Shown: positions 9,499 through 18,766 of the stretch, one piece after another
How the letters are laid out: each line of letters starts with the position of its first letter
How positions within the stretch are numbered: position 1 is the first letter of the stretch
Source: an uncultured archaeon
GTDB taxonomy: Archaea > Asgardarchaeota > Lokiarchaeia > Sigyniarchaeales > SOKP01
Reading direction: 5' to 3'
Length of the DNA: 39,642 nucleotides
Assembly: GCA_964508365.1 (NCBI GenBank)
Contig: CAZDTP010000037.1
Coordinates: 1 to 39,642, forward strand
Program-made: the position numbers and the translations under genes
The notes under the pieces: generated by a model
Seen by the model: the letters and a program-made list of their open reading frames with translations, nothing else
The model's database searches: none
What the model was told of the DNA's origin: nothing

Positions 9499-10989
9499 AT
9501 GCCTACCAAAGAACATGCTTGGCCTGTCCATCCAAAAATATTCGAAATTAATACATGGCCGTGGTTAACGAATTTATCTGATATATATGGTCATAATATT
9601 AAACTTGATTCAATACCCATTGAATTAATAGATCAAGAATTAACTCCTTTTGATGCTGTATGGTTGATGGGTGTTTGGGAACGAAGTCCTATAGGAAAAG
9701 AAATTGCGATGAATCATGAGGGCTTACAGGAAGAGTATCGTAAAGCATTGAGATATTATAACACACAAGATGTTGTTGGGTCACCTTATTCAGTATATTA
9801 TTATCATGTCAGTTCTCAATTAGGAGGTTCTGATGCTCTAAAATCATTTAGAACCGATTTGCTAGACCATGATTTACTACTTATTTTAGATTATGTTCCT
9901 AATCATGTTTCTATTGATCATCTCTGGACACTTGAGAAATCGGATGTGTTTATAAAAGGAACTTTAGAAGAATTAATGACCAAACCTTACGATTTTTATT
10001 CCGTTGGAGATACGGTCTATGCTCATGGTAAAGATCCTAATTTTCCCCCTTGGACAGACACAGTACAAATAAATGCATTTTCTTCTGAGGCACGTTCCAA
10101 AGCAGTTAACACTCTACTTTCGATTGCAGAACAGTGTGATGGAGTTAGGTGTGATATGGCAATGTTAATGATTAATGATGTTTTCAGCAAAACTTGGGGT
10201 GAAAAAGCTGGGTTACCCCTTGAAAATGAGTATTGGGTTGATGTTATATCTCAAGTTAAGGAAAAATATCCCAACTTTAAGTTTATAGCTGAAGTTTATT
10301 GGGATCTGGAATGGGATTTAATTCAACAAGGGTTCGATTATTGTTACGATAAAAAGCTATACGAGCGTTTAATAAAATCTGATGTTCAAAGTATAAAAGA
10401 ACATCTTAACGCTGATATAAACTATCAAAATAAACTACTTAGATTTATTGAAAATCACGACGAACCAAGAGCTATCACAGTGTTCGGAATTGAAGCTTCA
10501 AAAGCTGCTACTGTTATTATTTTAACACTGCCTGGCGCTCGATTGATTTTTGAAGGTCAAACACGAGGATACGAAATAAAATTACCTGTTCAATTAGGAA
10601 GGGCGCCGACAGAAGAAGATAATGTAGCTCTTATGGAATTCTATGATACTTTGTTGAAAGTTATTCCCGGAAGAACATTTGATAATGGAAAATGGTCTTT
10701 ATGTAAAGTTAAACCTGTCAGTTCAAGTGATAACTCTTTCAATAATATTATTTCGTATCAGTGGTGGACAAATAAGGATCGACTATTAATTGTTGTCAAT
10801 TATAGTTTAAATTCTTCCAAAGCGCATTTAATAATAGAAAATATAGATTTTGGACAATTTAACTGGAAGTTTACAGATCTGCTTACAAGTAACGAGTATT
10901 TTTATAAAGGGAAAGATCTTCGTGAAAATGGATTATATATTGAATTAGAGAGTTGGAATAGCCACATATTTCGTGTAGAAAAAGCGTAA
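9499..10989 (+). CDS. Glycoside hydrolase family 13 (alpha-amylase family)
   Basis: Conserved regions LDYVPNH, DGVRCDMA (nucleophile Asp), FIAEVYW (acid/base Glu), FIENHDE (Asp). Confidence 0.92.
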   Translation: MPTKEHAWPVHPKIFEINTWPWLTNLSDIYGHNIKLDSIPIELIDQELTPFDAVWLMGVWERSPIGKEIAMNHEGLQEEYRKALRYYNTQDVVGSPYSVYYYHVSSQLGGSDALKSFRTDLLDHDLLLILDYVPNHVSIDHLWTLEKSDVFIKGTLEELMTKPYDFYSVGDTVYAHGKDPNFPPWTDTVQINAFSSEARSKAVNTLLSIAEQCDGVRCDMAMLMINDVFSKTWGEKAGLPLENEYWVDVISQVKEKYPNFKFIAEVYWDLEWDLIQQGFDYCYDKKLYERLIKSDVQSIKEHLNADINYQNKLLRFIENHDEPRAITVFGIEASKAATVIILTLPGARLIFEGQTRGYEIKLPVQLGRAPTEEDNVALMEFYDTLLKVIPGRTFDNGKWSLCKVKPVSSSDNSFNNIISYQWWTNKDRLLIVVNYSLNSSKAHLIIENIDFGQFNWKFTDLLTSNEYFYKGKDLRENGLYIELESWNSHIFRVEKA

Positions 10990-11073
10990 ATTACTAAAAA
11001 AGGTTTATTAGAAGATAGTAGTTATTTTTATTAAAAAAATAAGAAATCTGAACCAGAAAAGAGATATGATTAT

Positions 11074-12327
11074 ATGGTATATAATAAAAACTCATTAATT
11101 AATGCTTTAATTGAAAAAGGAGTCAATATACCAAATCCTTCTTCGGTTGAAATAAACGAGGAAGTCAACATTAATCTGATATCATCTGAGGATGTTACGA
11201 TACACTCAGGATGTAAAATATTTGGCAAAAAGACACTTATTATGCCGGGAGTAAAGCTGGGTAGTAGGTCTCCAGTTACTATTAAAGATTGTCAATTAGG
11301 GAAAAAAGTTGAATTAAAAGGGGGATATTTTGAAGGATCTACATTTCTGGATTCTGCGAATATGGGTGATGGTGCCGAAGTCCGAGAAGGATGCCTTTTG
11401 GAGGAGGAGGCTAATGGTGCTCATACTGTAGGTCTTAAACAAACAATTCTTTTTCCATTTGTGACATTAGGGAGCATTATTAATTTTTGTGACATTTTAA
11501 TGGCAGGAGGGACGAGCAGAACAAACCATAGCGAAGTGGGTAGTTCGTATATTCATTTTAATTATACATCTAATCAAGATAAAGCAACAGCATCTTTAAT
11601 TGGAGATGTAGCATATGGTGTTATGCTCAATCAACCTCCAATCTTTTTAGGGGGACAAGGCGGAATAGTAGGACCAAGTCGGATAGGTTATAAGACTGTA
11701 ATTGCAGCTGGAGTTATTTACCGCGGAGATTGTCCCCAAGGTCATAAGCTTTTAATGGGTAAAGAACCTCAAAAAGGGGATATGGATTTCTATCCGGGAC
11801 TATATTGGAGCGTTAAAAAAAGAGTTATAAATTGTATTGAATATATCGCAAATATAATAGCTCTCAGACAATGGTACCTAATTGTACGTTCTAAGTTCTA
11901 TCAAGGAAGTGAGATGGAAAAATTACTTTATGAGGGTGCAGTTGAAAAAATTGAGCTTATTATTAATGAGAGAATTAAGAGATTTAAACAACTAGCTAAC
12001 AAGATGGAAAAATCTATAGAATTATATAAATCGATTATGGGTATTGAAGGATCGGAAGAGCTGATAAATCAAAAAAGAGAACTTGCTGAGAATATACAAA
12101 AAATTGAAAGTAGTTTTAATGAAAGTTTATCATTTTCTGGTGATGAAATAAAGAGAGATGAATTTTTAAGAAATCTAGATAATGTCTATAAAAAAACTGG
12201 GAAGGATTATATCAATGTAATAAAGAATTTAGATGAACATAATTTAAAAGTTGGAACTTCTTGGCTTCTAAGTATAGTTGAAAATACGCGAAATACCATT
12301 TTGAAATATCTTCCATCTTTTATTTAA
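11074..12327 (+). CDS. Stand-alone GlmU-type left-handed beta-helix acetyltransferase (probable glucosamine-1-phosphate N-acetyltransferase) with helical C-terminal domain
   Basis: Begins at the GlmU linker-like LIEKGVNIPNPSSVEI, hexapeptide repeats, SSYIHFNY echoing GlmU TCNYDG; no N-terminal nucleotidyltransferase motif; adjacent to glmS. Confidence 0.7.
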   Translation: MVYNKNSLINALIEKGVNIPNPSSVEINEEVNINLISSEDVTIHSGCKIFGKKTLIMPGVKLGSRSPVTIKDCQLGKKVELKGGYFEGSTFLDSANMGDGAEVREGCLLEEEANGAHTVGLKQTILFPFVTLGSIINFCDILMAGGTSRTNHSEVGSSYIHFNYTSNQDKATASLIGDVAYGVMLNQPPIFLGGQGGIVGPSRIGYKTVIAAGVIYRGDCPQGHKLLMGKEPQKGDMDFYPGLYWSVKKRVINCIEYIANIIALRQWYLIVRSKFYQGSEMEKLLYEGAVEKIELIINERIKRFKQLANKMEKSIELYKSIMGIEGSEELINQKRELAENIQKIESSFNESLSFSGDEIKRDEFLRNLDNVYKKTGKDYINVIKNLDEHNLKVGTSWLLSIVENTRNTILKYLPSFI

Positions 12328-12361
12328 AAAGGATAGTTTCTTTTAAGGATAAAGAATATCT

Positions 12362-14215
12362 TTAATGAACGGTCACAGTCTTACTAAGATTTAATGGTTT
12401 ATCGGGGTCAAGATCATGAGCTAAGGCAGCATAATAGGCTAATAATTGTAATGCAGGCATGAAAGTAATTGGACTGAACAGATTATGATATTTATCAGCG
12501 GGTTGAGGGATTCGAATTGTTATGTCACTTAATTTTGTTATTTTTACATCGCTTTCCACAACGACGGAAATAATTCTTCCTCCTCTAGATTTGAACTCCA
12601 TTACGTTCCCAACTAATCTATTATATGTCTCGTCAGGTGGAGCAATAAAAATTATAGGAAATCCTTCTCTTACTAAAGAAATTGGCCCATGTTTAGCAGA
12701 AGCTGCTGAGTAACCTTCGATAAACCGGCAAGCAACTTCTTTCAATTTTAATCCTCCTTCTTTGGCAGTTGCGATTGAAATACCTCTTGCTAGAAAGAAA
12801 TAATTCAAATTTTTTTCTAAATGGTTTACGATATATTTAATTAAATCAACATTTTTTTTAAGGAATTTTTCAATGATATTAGGAATTCCAGTTAAAGCAT
12901 CGTAGTATTTTATTATATCTTCATCAGATATTATTTTTCTAATTTTTGCGATTGAAACTGCTATCAAAGCAAGAGCAAGAACTTGCGTGCTATACGTTTT
13001 TGTTGCTGCAACACCAATCTCAGGTCCTGCATTTGTTACGATCACGTAATCGGAATATCTAGTAATTGATGAGCCTACAACATTAGTAATCGTTAAGATT
13101 TTAACATATTCTGTTTTTTTTGCCCATCTAATCGCTTCAATCGTGTCAATCGTTTCACCTGATTGTGAGATTGCAATAATTACGGAATTTTTTTGCAAGC
13201 TACCTTTTAGTTGAGTCTCAAATTCAGAGCATTCTATATCTTGAATGTTTTTATTAAGAAATCTAGAAATTATAAATTTTCCTGCTAGTGCTGCGTGATA
13301 AGATGTGCCCGCTGCAGTGATATATATGTTATCTGCTGATATTAAAGCGTTTGCAAACTTACTTAGGAGTTGCTCTGAAATTTTCATAGTAAGCCTTAAT
13401 GCATTTGGTTCTTCGAAAATTTCTTTTAGCATAAAATGATCATAACCCCCCTTTTCTGCAGCGTCAATATTCCATTCAATATTATGTATTTTTTTTTTAA
13501 TCAATTCATTATCGTTTTTAAGATCAAAAAATGTTACTTCTCCCGCTTTCAAAACAGCAAGTTCGTTATCTTCCATTATATAACATTTTTTTGTGTAAGG
13601 TAAAAAAGCAGGAATATCTGAAGAACAATAAGTTGTTTTTCCTTCTTCTATTCCAATTATTAAAGGAGATTCCTTTCGAGCAACTATAATCGTATCCGGA
13701 TTATCAACCTGACAGACTGCTATTGCGTATGTTCCTTTACATTTTTTTAATGCGTTTATAGTAGCAACCTTAAGATTAAAACCTTTTTTCATAAAATCTT
13801 CAATTAAATGGGGAATAACTTCAGTATCTGTATCTGAATTAAATGTGTGACCTGTAGAAGAAAGTTCATTCCGCAATTCCATAAAATTATCTATTATCCC
13901 ATTATGAACAACTGCGATTTTGTTCAAGCAATCTAAATGCGGATGACTATTCTGTTTTGTAGGCGCACCATGAGTTGCCCATCTTGTGTGGGCCAAAGCA
14001 AGCTTCGTACCATTAGGAACTTCATCTAATTTAAGTTTTTTATGGATTTCATCTATTTTTCCAGCCTCTTTTTTAACAAATAATTTAGAATTACAAAGTG
14101 AAACAATACCACATGAATCATACCCACGGTATTCTAAACGTTTTATTCCTTCGAAGACAACTTTTCCTACAGAGATCTCTTGATTCTTTGTAATTATTCC
14201 AAAAATACCACACAT
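12362..14215 (-). CDS. glmS: Glutamine--fructose-6-phosphate aminotransferase (isomerizing)
   Basis: N-terminal MCGIFG (catalytic Cys1), EYRGYDS, HTRWATHG, VHNGII, SQSGET, ATKTY, KLKE, KHGP, C-terminal P.NLSKTVTV. Confidence 0.96.
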   Translation of the reverse strand: MCGIFGIITKNQEISVGKVVFEGIKRLEYRGYDSCGIVSLCNSKLFVKKEAGKIDEIHKKLKLDEVPNGTKLALAHTRWATHGAPTKQNSHPHLDCLNKIAVVHNGIIDNFMELRNELSSTGHTFNSDTDTEVIPHLIEDFMKKGFNLKVATINALKKCKGTYAIAVCQVDNPDTIIVARKESPLIIGIEEGKTTYCSSDIPAFLPYTKKCYIMEDNELAVLKAGEVTFFDLKNDNELIKKKIHNIEWNIDAAEKGGYDHFMLKEIFEEPNALRLTMKISEQLLSKFANALISADNIYITAAGTSYHAALAGKFIISRFLNKNIQDIECSEFETQLKGSLQKNSVIIAISQSGETIDTIEAIRWAKKTEYVKILTITNVVGSSITRYSDYVIVTNAGPEIGVAATKTYSTQVLALALIAVSIAKIRKIISDEDIIKYYDALTGIPNIIEKFLKKNVDLIKYIVNHLEKNLNYFFLARGISIATAKEGGLKLKEVACRFIEGYSAASAKHGPISLVREGFPIIFIAPPDETYNRLVGNVMEFKSRGGRIISVVVESDVKITKLSDITIRIPQPADKYHNLFSPITFMPALQLLAYYAALAHDLDPDKPLNLSKTVTVH

Positions 14216-14353
14216 TTAAAAATAGAAAAGAATAAGAAATTTAAAAATTTTGCCGATAGAAGATATAACAATTGTAATTTGTAAAGTTCTTATAATTAAA
14301 TTTTTATTAAAGAGAACTTTTGTTAGTATAAAATATTTTTAAAGGAATTATTT

Positions 14354-15316
14354 ATGGCGATTAAAGTATTTGTAACAGATAACTTTGAAAAGTTAAGTAA
14401 GGTTGCGGCAGAAATCGTAAAAGAACATATTATCCAAGGATTACAAGACAAGGGTGAATATGTTTTAGGGCTTGCTACAGGAAATTCACCAACGGGTCTT
14501 TATAAAGAACTTGCTCAAATGGCAAACGCTAAAAAATTCGATAGCAGTAGGGTTCGCAGTTTTAATCTCGATGAATATATTGGTCTTCCGGGAGAAAATG
14601 TTCAACAACGCACGATACATCCACAAAGTTATTGCTACTTCATGATTAAAGAGTTCTTTGGGCTTCTTAACAGTAAATTTATTGAAACAACTTTACCTTA
14701 CGCTTGTTTAATTGATCAAAAAAAACTTATGCAAGAACTATCATCCCATCCTGAAGATTGGACCGAATTAGGAACTGATTCAGGAAAATCAATTGTCATT
14801 AAAGAAAGCGCGTCTTCAGAATACTTAAATTGGATTCGTGAAACAATTTTAGATGGATATGCCCAAAAAATTGAAAAATCTGGCGGAATTGATTTACAAG
14901 TTATAGGAGTTGGTGAATGTGGTCATGTTGCATTTCATGAATCAGGAATACCCTTTGAAGGAAGTAAAGTTATGTTAATAAAACTTGATAAAAATACAGT
15001 TACTAATGCGGTAATCGATGGACAATTTACCTCAGAAAATGAATGTCCTCGTTATGCTATCAGTATGGGTGCTGAGCTAGTATATAAGGCGAAAACAGTG
15101 GTGTTATTAGCTAACGGAGAGCGAAAAACTAAATCAATTACTGAATCATTACTAAATGAACCTACTCCAGATGTTCCAATATCTTATGGTCAGATATATT
15201 CGGAAAAAGCTGGCAATTTAATTTATATTTTGGATAAAATTGCTGGTCGAGAACTCCTTGCTAACAAAACTAAGCTTGAACAAAAAGGAATGGAAATAGA
15301 AATTAGAAACAGTTAA
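14354..15316 (+). CDS. nagB: Glucosamine-6-phosphate deaminase-like protein
   Basis: LGLATGNSP, FNLDEYIGL, GGIDLQVIGVG..GHVAF.E, AISMG, LLANG..K; divergent from glmS. Confidence 0.8.
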   Translation: MAIKVFVTDNFEKLSKVAAEIVKEHIIQGLQDKGEYVLGLATGNSPTGLYKELAQMANAKKFDSSRVRSFNLDEYIGLPGENVQQRTIHPQSYCYFMIKEFFGLLNSKFIETTLPYACLIDQKKLMQELSSHPEDWTELGTDSGKSIVIKESASSEYLNWIRETILDGYAQKIEKSGGIDLQVIGVGECGHVAFHESGIPFEGSKVMLIKLDKNTVTNAVIDGQFTSENECPRYAISMGAELVYKAKTVVLLANGERKTKSITESLLNEPTPDVPISYGQIYSEKAGNLIYILDKIAGRELLANKTKLEQKGMEIEIRNS

Positions 15317-15349
15317 CTTCAAATAAAAAAATAAATGTTCACAAAAGCT

Positions 15350-16786
15350 TTATATTAAATTTAATTTCTTCATTTTTTCTTCTGCTATTTTATTCATTTC
15401 AATTGATTGATTTATATCGACACTAGATTCACCAGAAATTCTTAAATATGGGCTTGTTCCTGAACGCCTTATTAAAATCCATCCATTATCGTAATCGAAT
15501 CTACAACCGTCCATTTTATTAATAGATTTTAATTTTTTTCCCATAGAATCGAAGCTCTCTTTCATCTCAATAATAATTTTTTGGTTTATTTCATCAGTAA
15601 AGGGAATATCTTTTACAAGCTGAAATTGCTTACGGTAATAGGGATATTCTGGAATTTCTTTCAATAATTCTATTAGTCTTTTTCCTGTTTTGACCATCAT
15701 TTGCAATACTATTCCGATTGTGACTATTGAATCTGGTCCATAATGGAAGCTGGGCCAAATATAAGTACCTGAGGTTTCTCCACCCAAAAATCCCCCATTC
15801 TCATGCAAAGCTTGAGCTACTTGGATATCTCCGACTTCAGTTCTTAAAATCTCGCAACCTAGTGGTTGTAACACATTCTCAATTAAACTAGATGAGTTTA
15901 CAGGAGTTGATACTTTCATATCGTTCATAGAAATGTTTTTTCTATTATTTTGGATATAGTATTTTGCCAGGAGCGCTAATAACCTAATTGGATCGACAAT
16001 TTCACCAGTTTCATCTAAAAAAATAACTCTATCAGCATCCCCATCTAGTGCTATTCCAATATCTTCTTGTGTTGATATTTTCAAAAATTTGGAAATCTGA
16101 ATTAAATTTTTTTCACTAGGTTCTGAATTTCTTCCAGGGAATTTACCATCCATTTGTGCATTGATTGTAATAATATTTACATTATACTCACTTAATAGCC
16201 TTGGGACGATTTCACATCCCGCTCCGTTTCCGGGGTCAACTATAACATTAAGGCTACTCCCATCAAATATTATACGATTCGTTATATCTGAAATGTGTTT
16301 ATCGTTAATATCATTAATTGGAGTAACTTTTCCAATTTGATCCCATTTGATATCAAGAAAACACTTCTCGTCATATAATCGCGAAATTTCTTCTTCTTGT
16401 TCGTGAGAATAACCTATACCTGAAGGATTCCAAAATTTTAATCCAATATATTCGGGAGTATTATGAGATGCGGTAATCATAACTCCAGCATTCCCATCTA
16501 AAAATCGTAGAGACTTTGCTAATGTGGGTGTGGTTACAATTCCTAATGTTTTCACATTACATCCCGTACTTATAATCCCCGAAATTAATGAATATTCTAT
16601 TGGTAAAGCAGAAGTTCTAATATCCTTCCCGATAACTACGATACCTTCACCTTTTAAATATGTACCCAAAGACAATCCCACATCTAAAGCCATTTGTGGT
16701 GTAAACATGAGTTCTGTCGTGCTATAATTTTGGAACACCATTCTTATGCCTGAAGTACCAAATATATTTGATGTCATATTTTTCAT
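15350..16786 (-). CDS. glmM: Alpha-D-phosphohexomutase, probably phosphoglucosamine mutase
   Basis: FGTSGIR, MITASHNTP (phosphoserine loop), DGDADR (metal loop), GGETSG, R.SGTSP.LRI; GlmM specificity inferred from neighbouring glmS/nagB. Confidence 0.8.
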   Translation of the reverse strand: MKNMTSNIFGTSGIRMVFQNYSTTELMFTPQMALDVGLSLGTYLKGEGIVVIGKDIRTSALPIEYSLISGIISTGCNVKTLGIVTTPTLAKSLRFLDGNAGVMITASHNTPEYIGLKFWNPSGIGYSHEQEEEISRLYDEKCFLDIKWDQIGKVTPINDINDKHISDITNRIIFDGSSLNVIVDPGNGAGCEIVPRLLSEYNVNIITINAQMDGKFPGRNSEPSEKNLIQISKFLKISTQEDIGIALDGDADRVIFLDETGEIVDPIRLLALLAKYYIQNNRKNISMNDMKVSTPVNSSSLIENVLQPLGCEILRTEVGDIQVAQALHENGGFLGGETSGTYIWPSFHYGPDSIVTIGIVLQMMVKTGKRLIELLKEIPEYPYYRKQFQLVKDIPFTDEINQKIIIEMKESFDSMGKKLKSINKMDGCRFDYDNGWILIRRSGTSPYLRISGESSVDINQSIEMNKIAEEKMKKLNLI

Positions 16787-17160
16787 CTTTGCTGTAAAAA
16801 TTATCTAATTATATAGATTATTTTTTAATTTTAAATTTTATGAAGCATTTTTTTCAAATTTTAAGTATCCATTAAAATCAAAATTCAAATGGTTATATCT
16901 TAATTTTTATAGAGGGATTTTTATTAAGAGTTAAAATTATGAATCTAATATTAAAGATATTAAGAAAGTTTTATTATTTTAAATTTTATCTTGATAATTT
17001 TCATACTTAAACATAACCACCCAATTAATTAATAATCTGCAAATAATTTCGTTTTACTGCAATTTACAATAAAAAAGTATTAATTCTTATTCTCCTAATA
17101 TTTAATTAAGAATTATGGTTCTATCAATAATTTTTACTTAATGTAAATTTTCGGTGTTTC

Positions 17161-18645
17161 TTGATGATATTTCAAGGGTTGTTAAACATTTCTAGCTTAT
17201 ACTTAGACAATGAGGATTCTCTGTTTAACAGCCTAGACCAATTTTTTCATGAAAAGATTAATATTATCATCGAAATAAAGGGATTAAGTATCGATGATCT
17301 AGATAATTCCTTTCCTCAACTTTTAGAAATGATCAAAACTGAATTACTGAAAATGGGATTTAAAGGAGAAGAATTAGAGAACGCCTTTTTGGATCCTTTT
17401 ATTAACCTTAATCAAACTGAAATTGGAACTTTCACTTCAATTCATCGATTATATGATCTAAAATTAGCTCCAATAATTTACGAGGTTTTTTTAGAGAAAA
17501 TTATTGATTATTTAGTCGACATTAATGATGTGAACCAATTTATGCTAAATTTGAAGTCAGCTAACTTCTTGAGCTTAGAATTTATCGTAGAATTAAGAAA
17601 CTTAAAAGATTTAATAAATAAATATCCCGAAAAGAAAGAGCATTTAAAAAAGTATCTTCAAATACAAGATAATCTTGAAAAGAAATTAGAAATAAATAAA
17701 AAAAATATTGAGCTTTTGGAGGAACTATTAGAGCCAAAAGAAAAATTACAACTCCTCTACTTAATCTATCGACTCATTAGCTTTTTCCACTTAGAAAAAA
17801 AATTTGATTTCAATAACATAAAAAACTACCTTTCGAACAATTTGGATGAATGGCTAATTACTATACCCTTAGTTACATTGAGAAATCCAGATCTTTATTA
17901 TTGTGGGTTGTACTTAGCGGAACAGTTAAAATTAAAATTAGATAAAAAAAAGGTTAAAGATTTTTTATTGAATTTGTACGAAGAAGGGATCGACGAATTT
18001 GAAGCCCCTTTAATGCAAGCTACTGATGGAGTATATTATCTTTTAAAATCGACGCAATATATGAAGCTCTGGCTTACAAATGAACAGCTTTATAAGTTAA
18101 TTGAGTCAGATCCAAGGTTCTTTGAATCTACATATTTAAAGACCCTAGAAACATCTCAATTAGTTGTTATTTTGAAAATTTATAGCTTTACTCATATAAG
18201 AAATGTCGATGAAAATATATATGCAATATTAGAAGAATTGGAGCAACGGATAACTCCTGAGGGAATTAAACAATTTAGAGACGGTTTTGTATCATCAGAA
18301 GCGACATATTATGTTGTTTTTTGTAGTTATATGAGAAATTCATTAGAGAAATTGAAAGAATTCGAATTATTGGAGACCATTATGTCAAGAATCTATAGAA
18401 ACTTAGAACTTCTTGAATTCTCGGAAGATACCAATTTTGATCTAATATCTGAATTAATTTACTCATTTGAAAATTTAAAATTATTTAATTGCATTGAAAC
18501 GCCAGAAATGATTCTTAAAATGGCTGAATATTTATTTCCTCCTGAAGTTGTCGAGAAATTATCATCAACTTCTGAATTAGGTAGGACTCAAGCAAGATTT
18601 CGTCATTTGAAAGTTAATCGAATTACTGGAGAAACTTATTATTAA
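17161..18645 (+). CDS. Hypothetical all-helical protein, possible alpha/alpha-toroid (prenyltransferase-like) C-terminal repeats
   Basis: 494-aa ORF (TTG 17161 or ATG 17164); repeated G....F......T..YY-type segments (ATDGVYYLL, SSEATYYVVF). Confidence 0.65.
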   Translation: MMIFQGLLNISSLYLDNEDSLFNSLDQFFHEKINIIIEIKGLSIDDLDNSFPQLLEMIKTELLKMGFKGEELENAFLDPFINLNQTEIGTFTSIHRLYDLKLAPIIYEVFLEKIIDYLVDINDVNQFMLNLKSANFLSLEFIVELRNLKDLINKYPEKKEHLKKYLQIQDNLEKKLEINKKNIELLEELLEPKEKLQLLYLIYRLISFFHLEKKFDFNNIKNYLSNNLDEWLITIPLVTLRNPDLYYCGLYLAEQLKLKLDKKKVKDFLLNLYEEGIDEFEAPLMQATDGVYYLLKSTQYMKLWLTNEQLYKLIESDPRFFESTYLKTLETSQLVVILKIYSFTHIRNVDENIYAILEELEQRITPEGIKQFRDGFVSSEATYYVVFCSYMRNSLEKLKEFELLETIMSRIYRNLELLEFSEDTNFDLISELIYSFENLKLFNCIETPEMILKMAEYLFPPEVVEKLSSTSELGRTQARFRHLKVNRITGETYY

Positions 18646-18766
18646 AAAATAGTATCAATGCTCATTAGGATAAGAATTGAAAATTTCTGTTTTTTGAAAG
18701 TAGAAATTTTAATTTATCTCTTATCATTTAATTAGATAATAATACTAGAATGGGTTTAATGATTAC

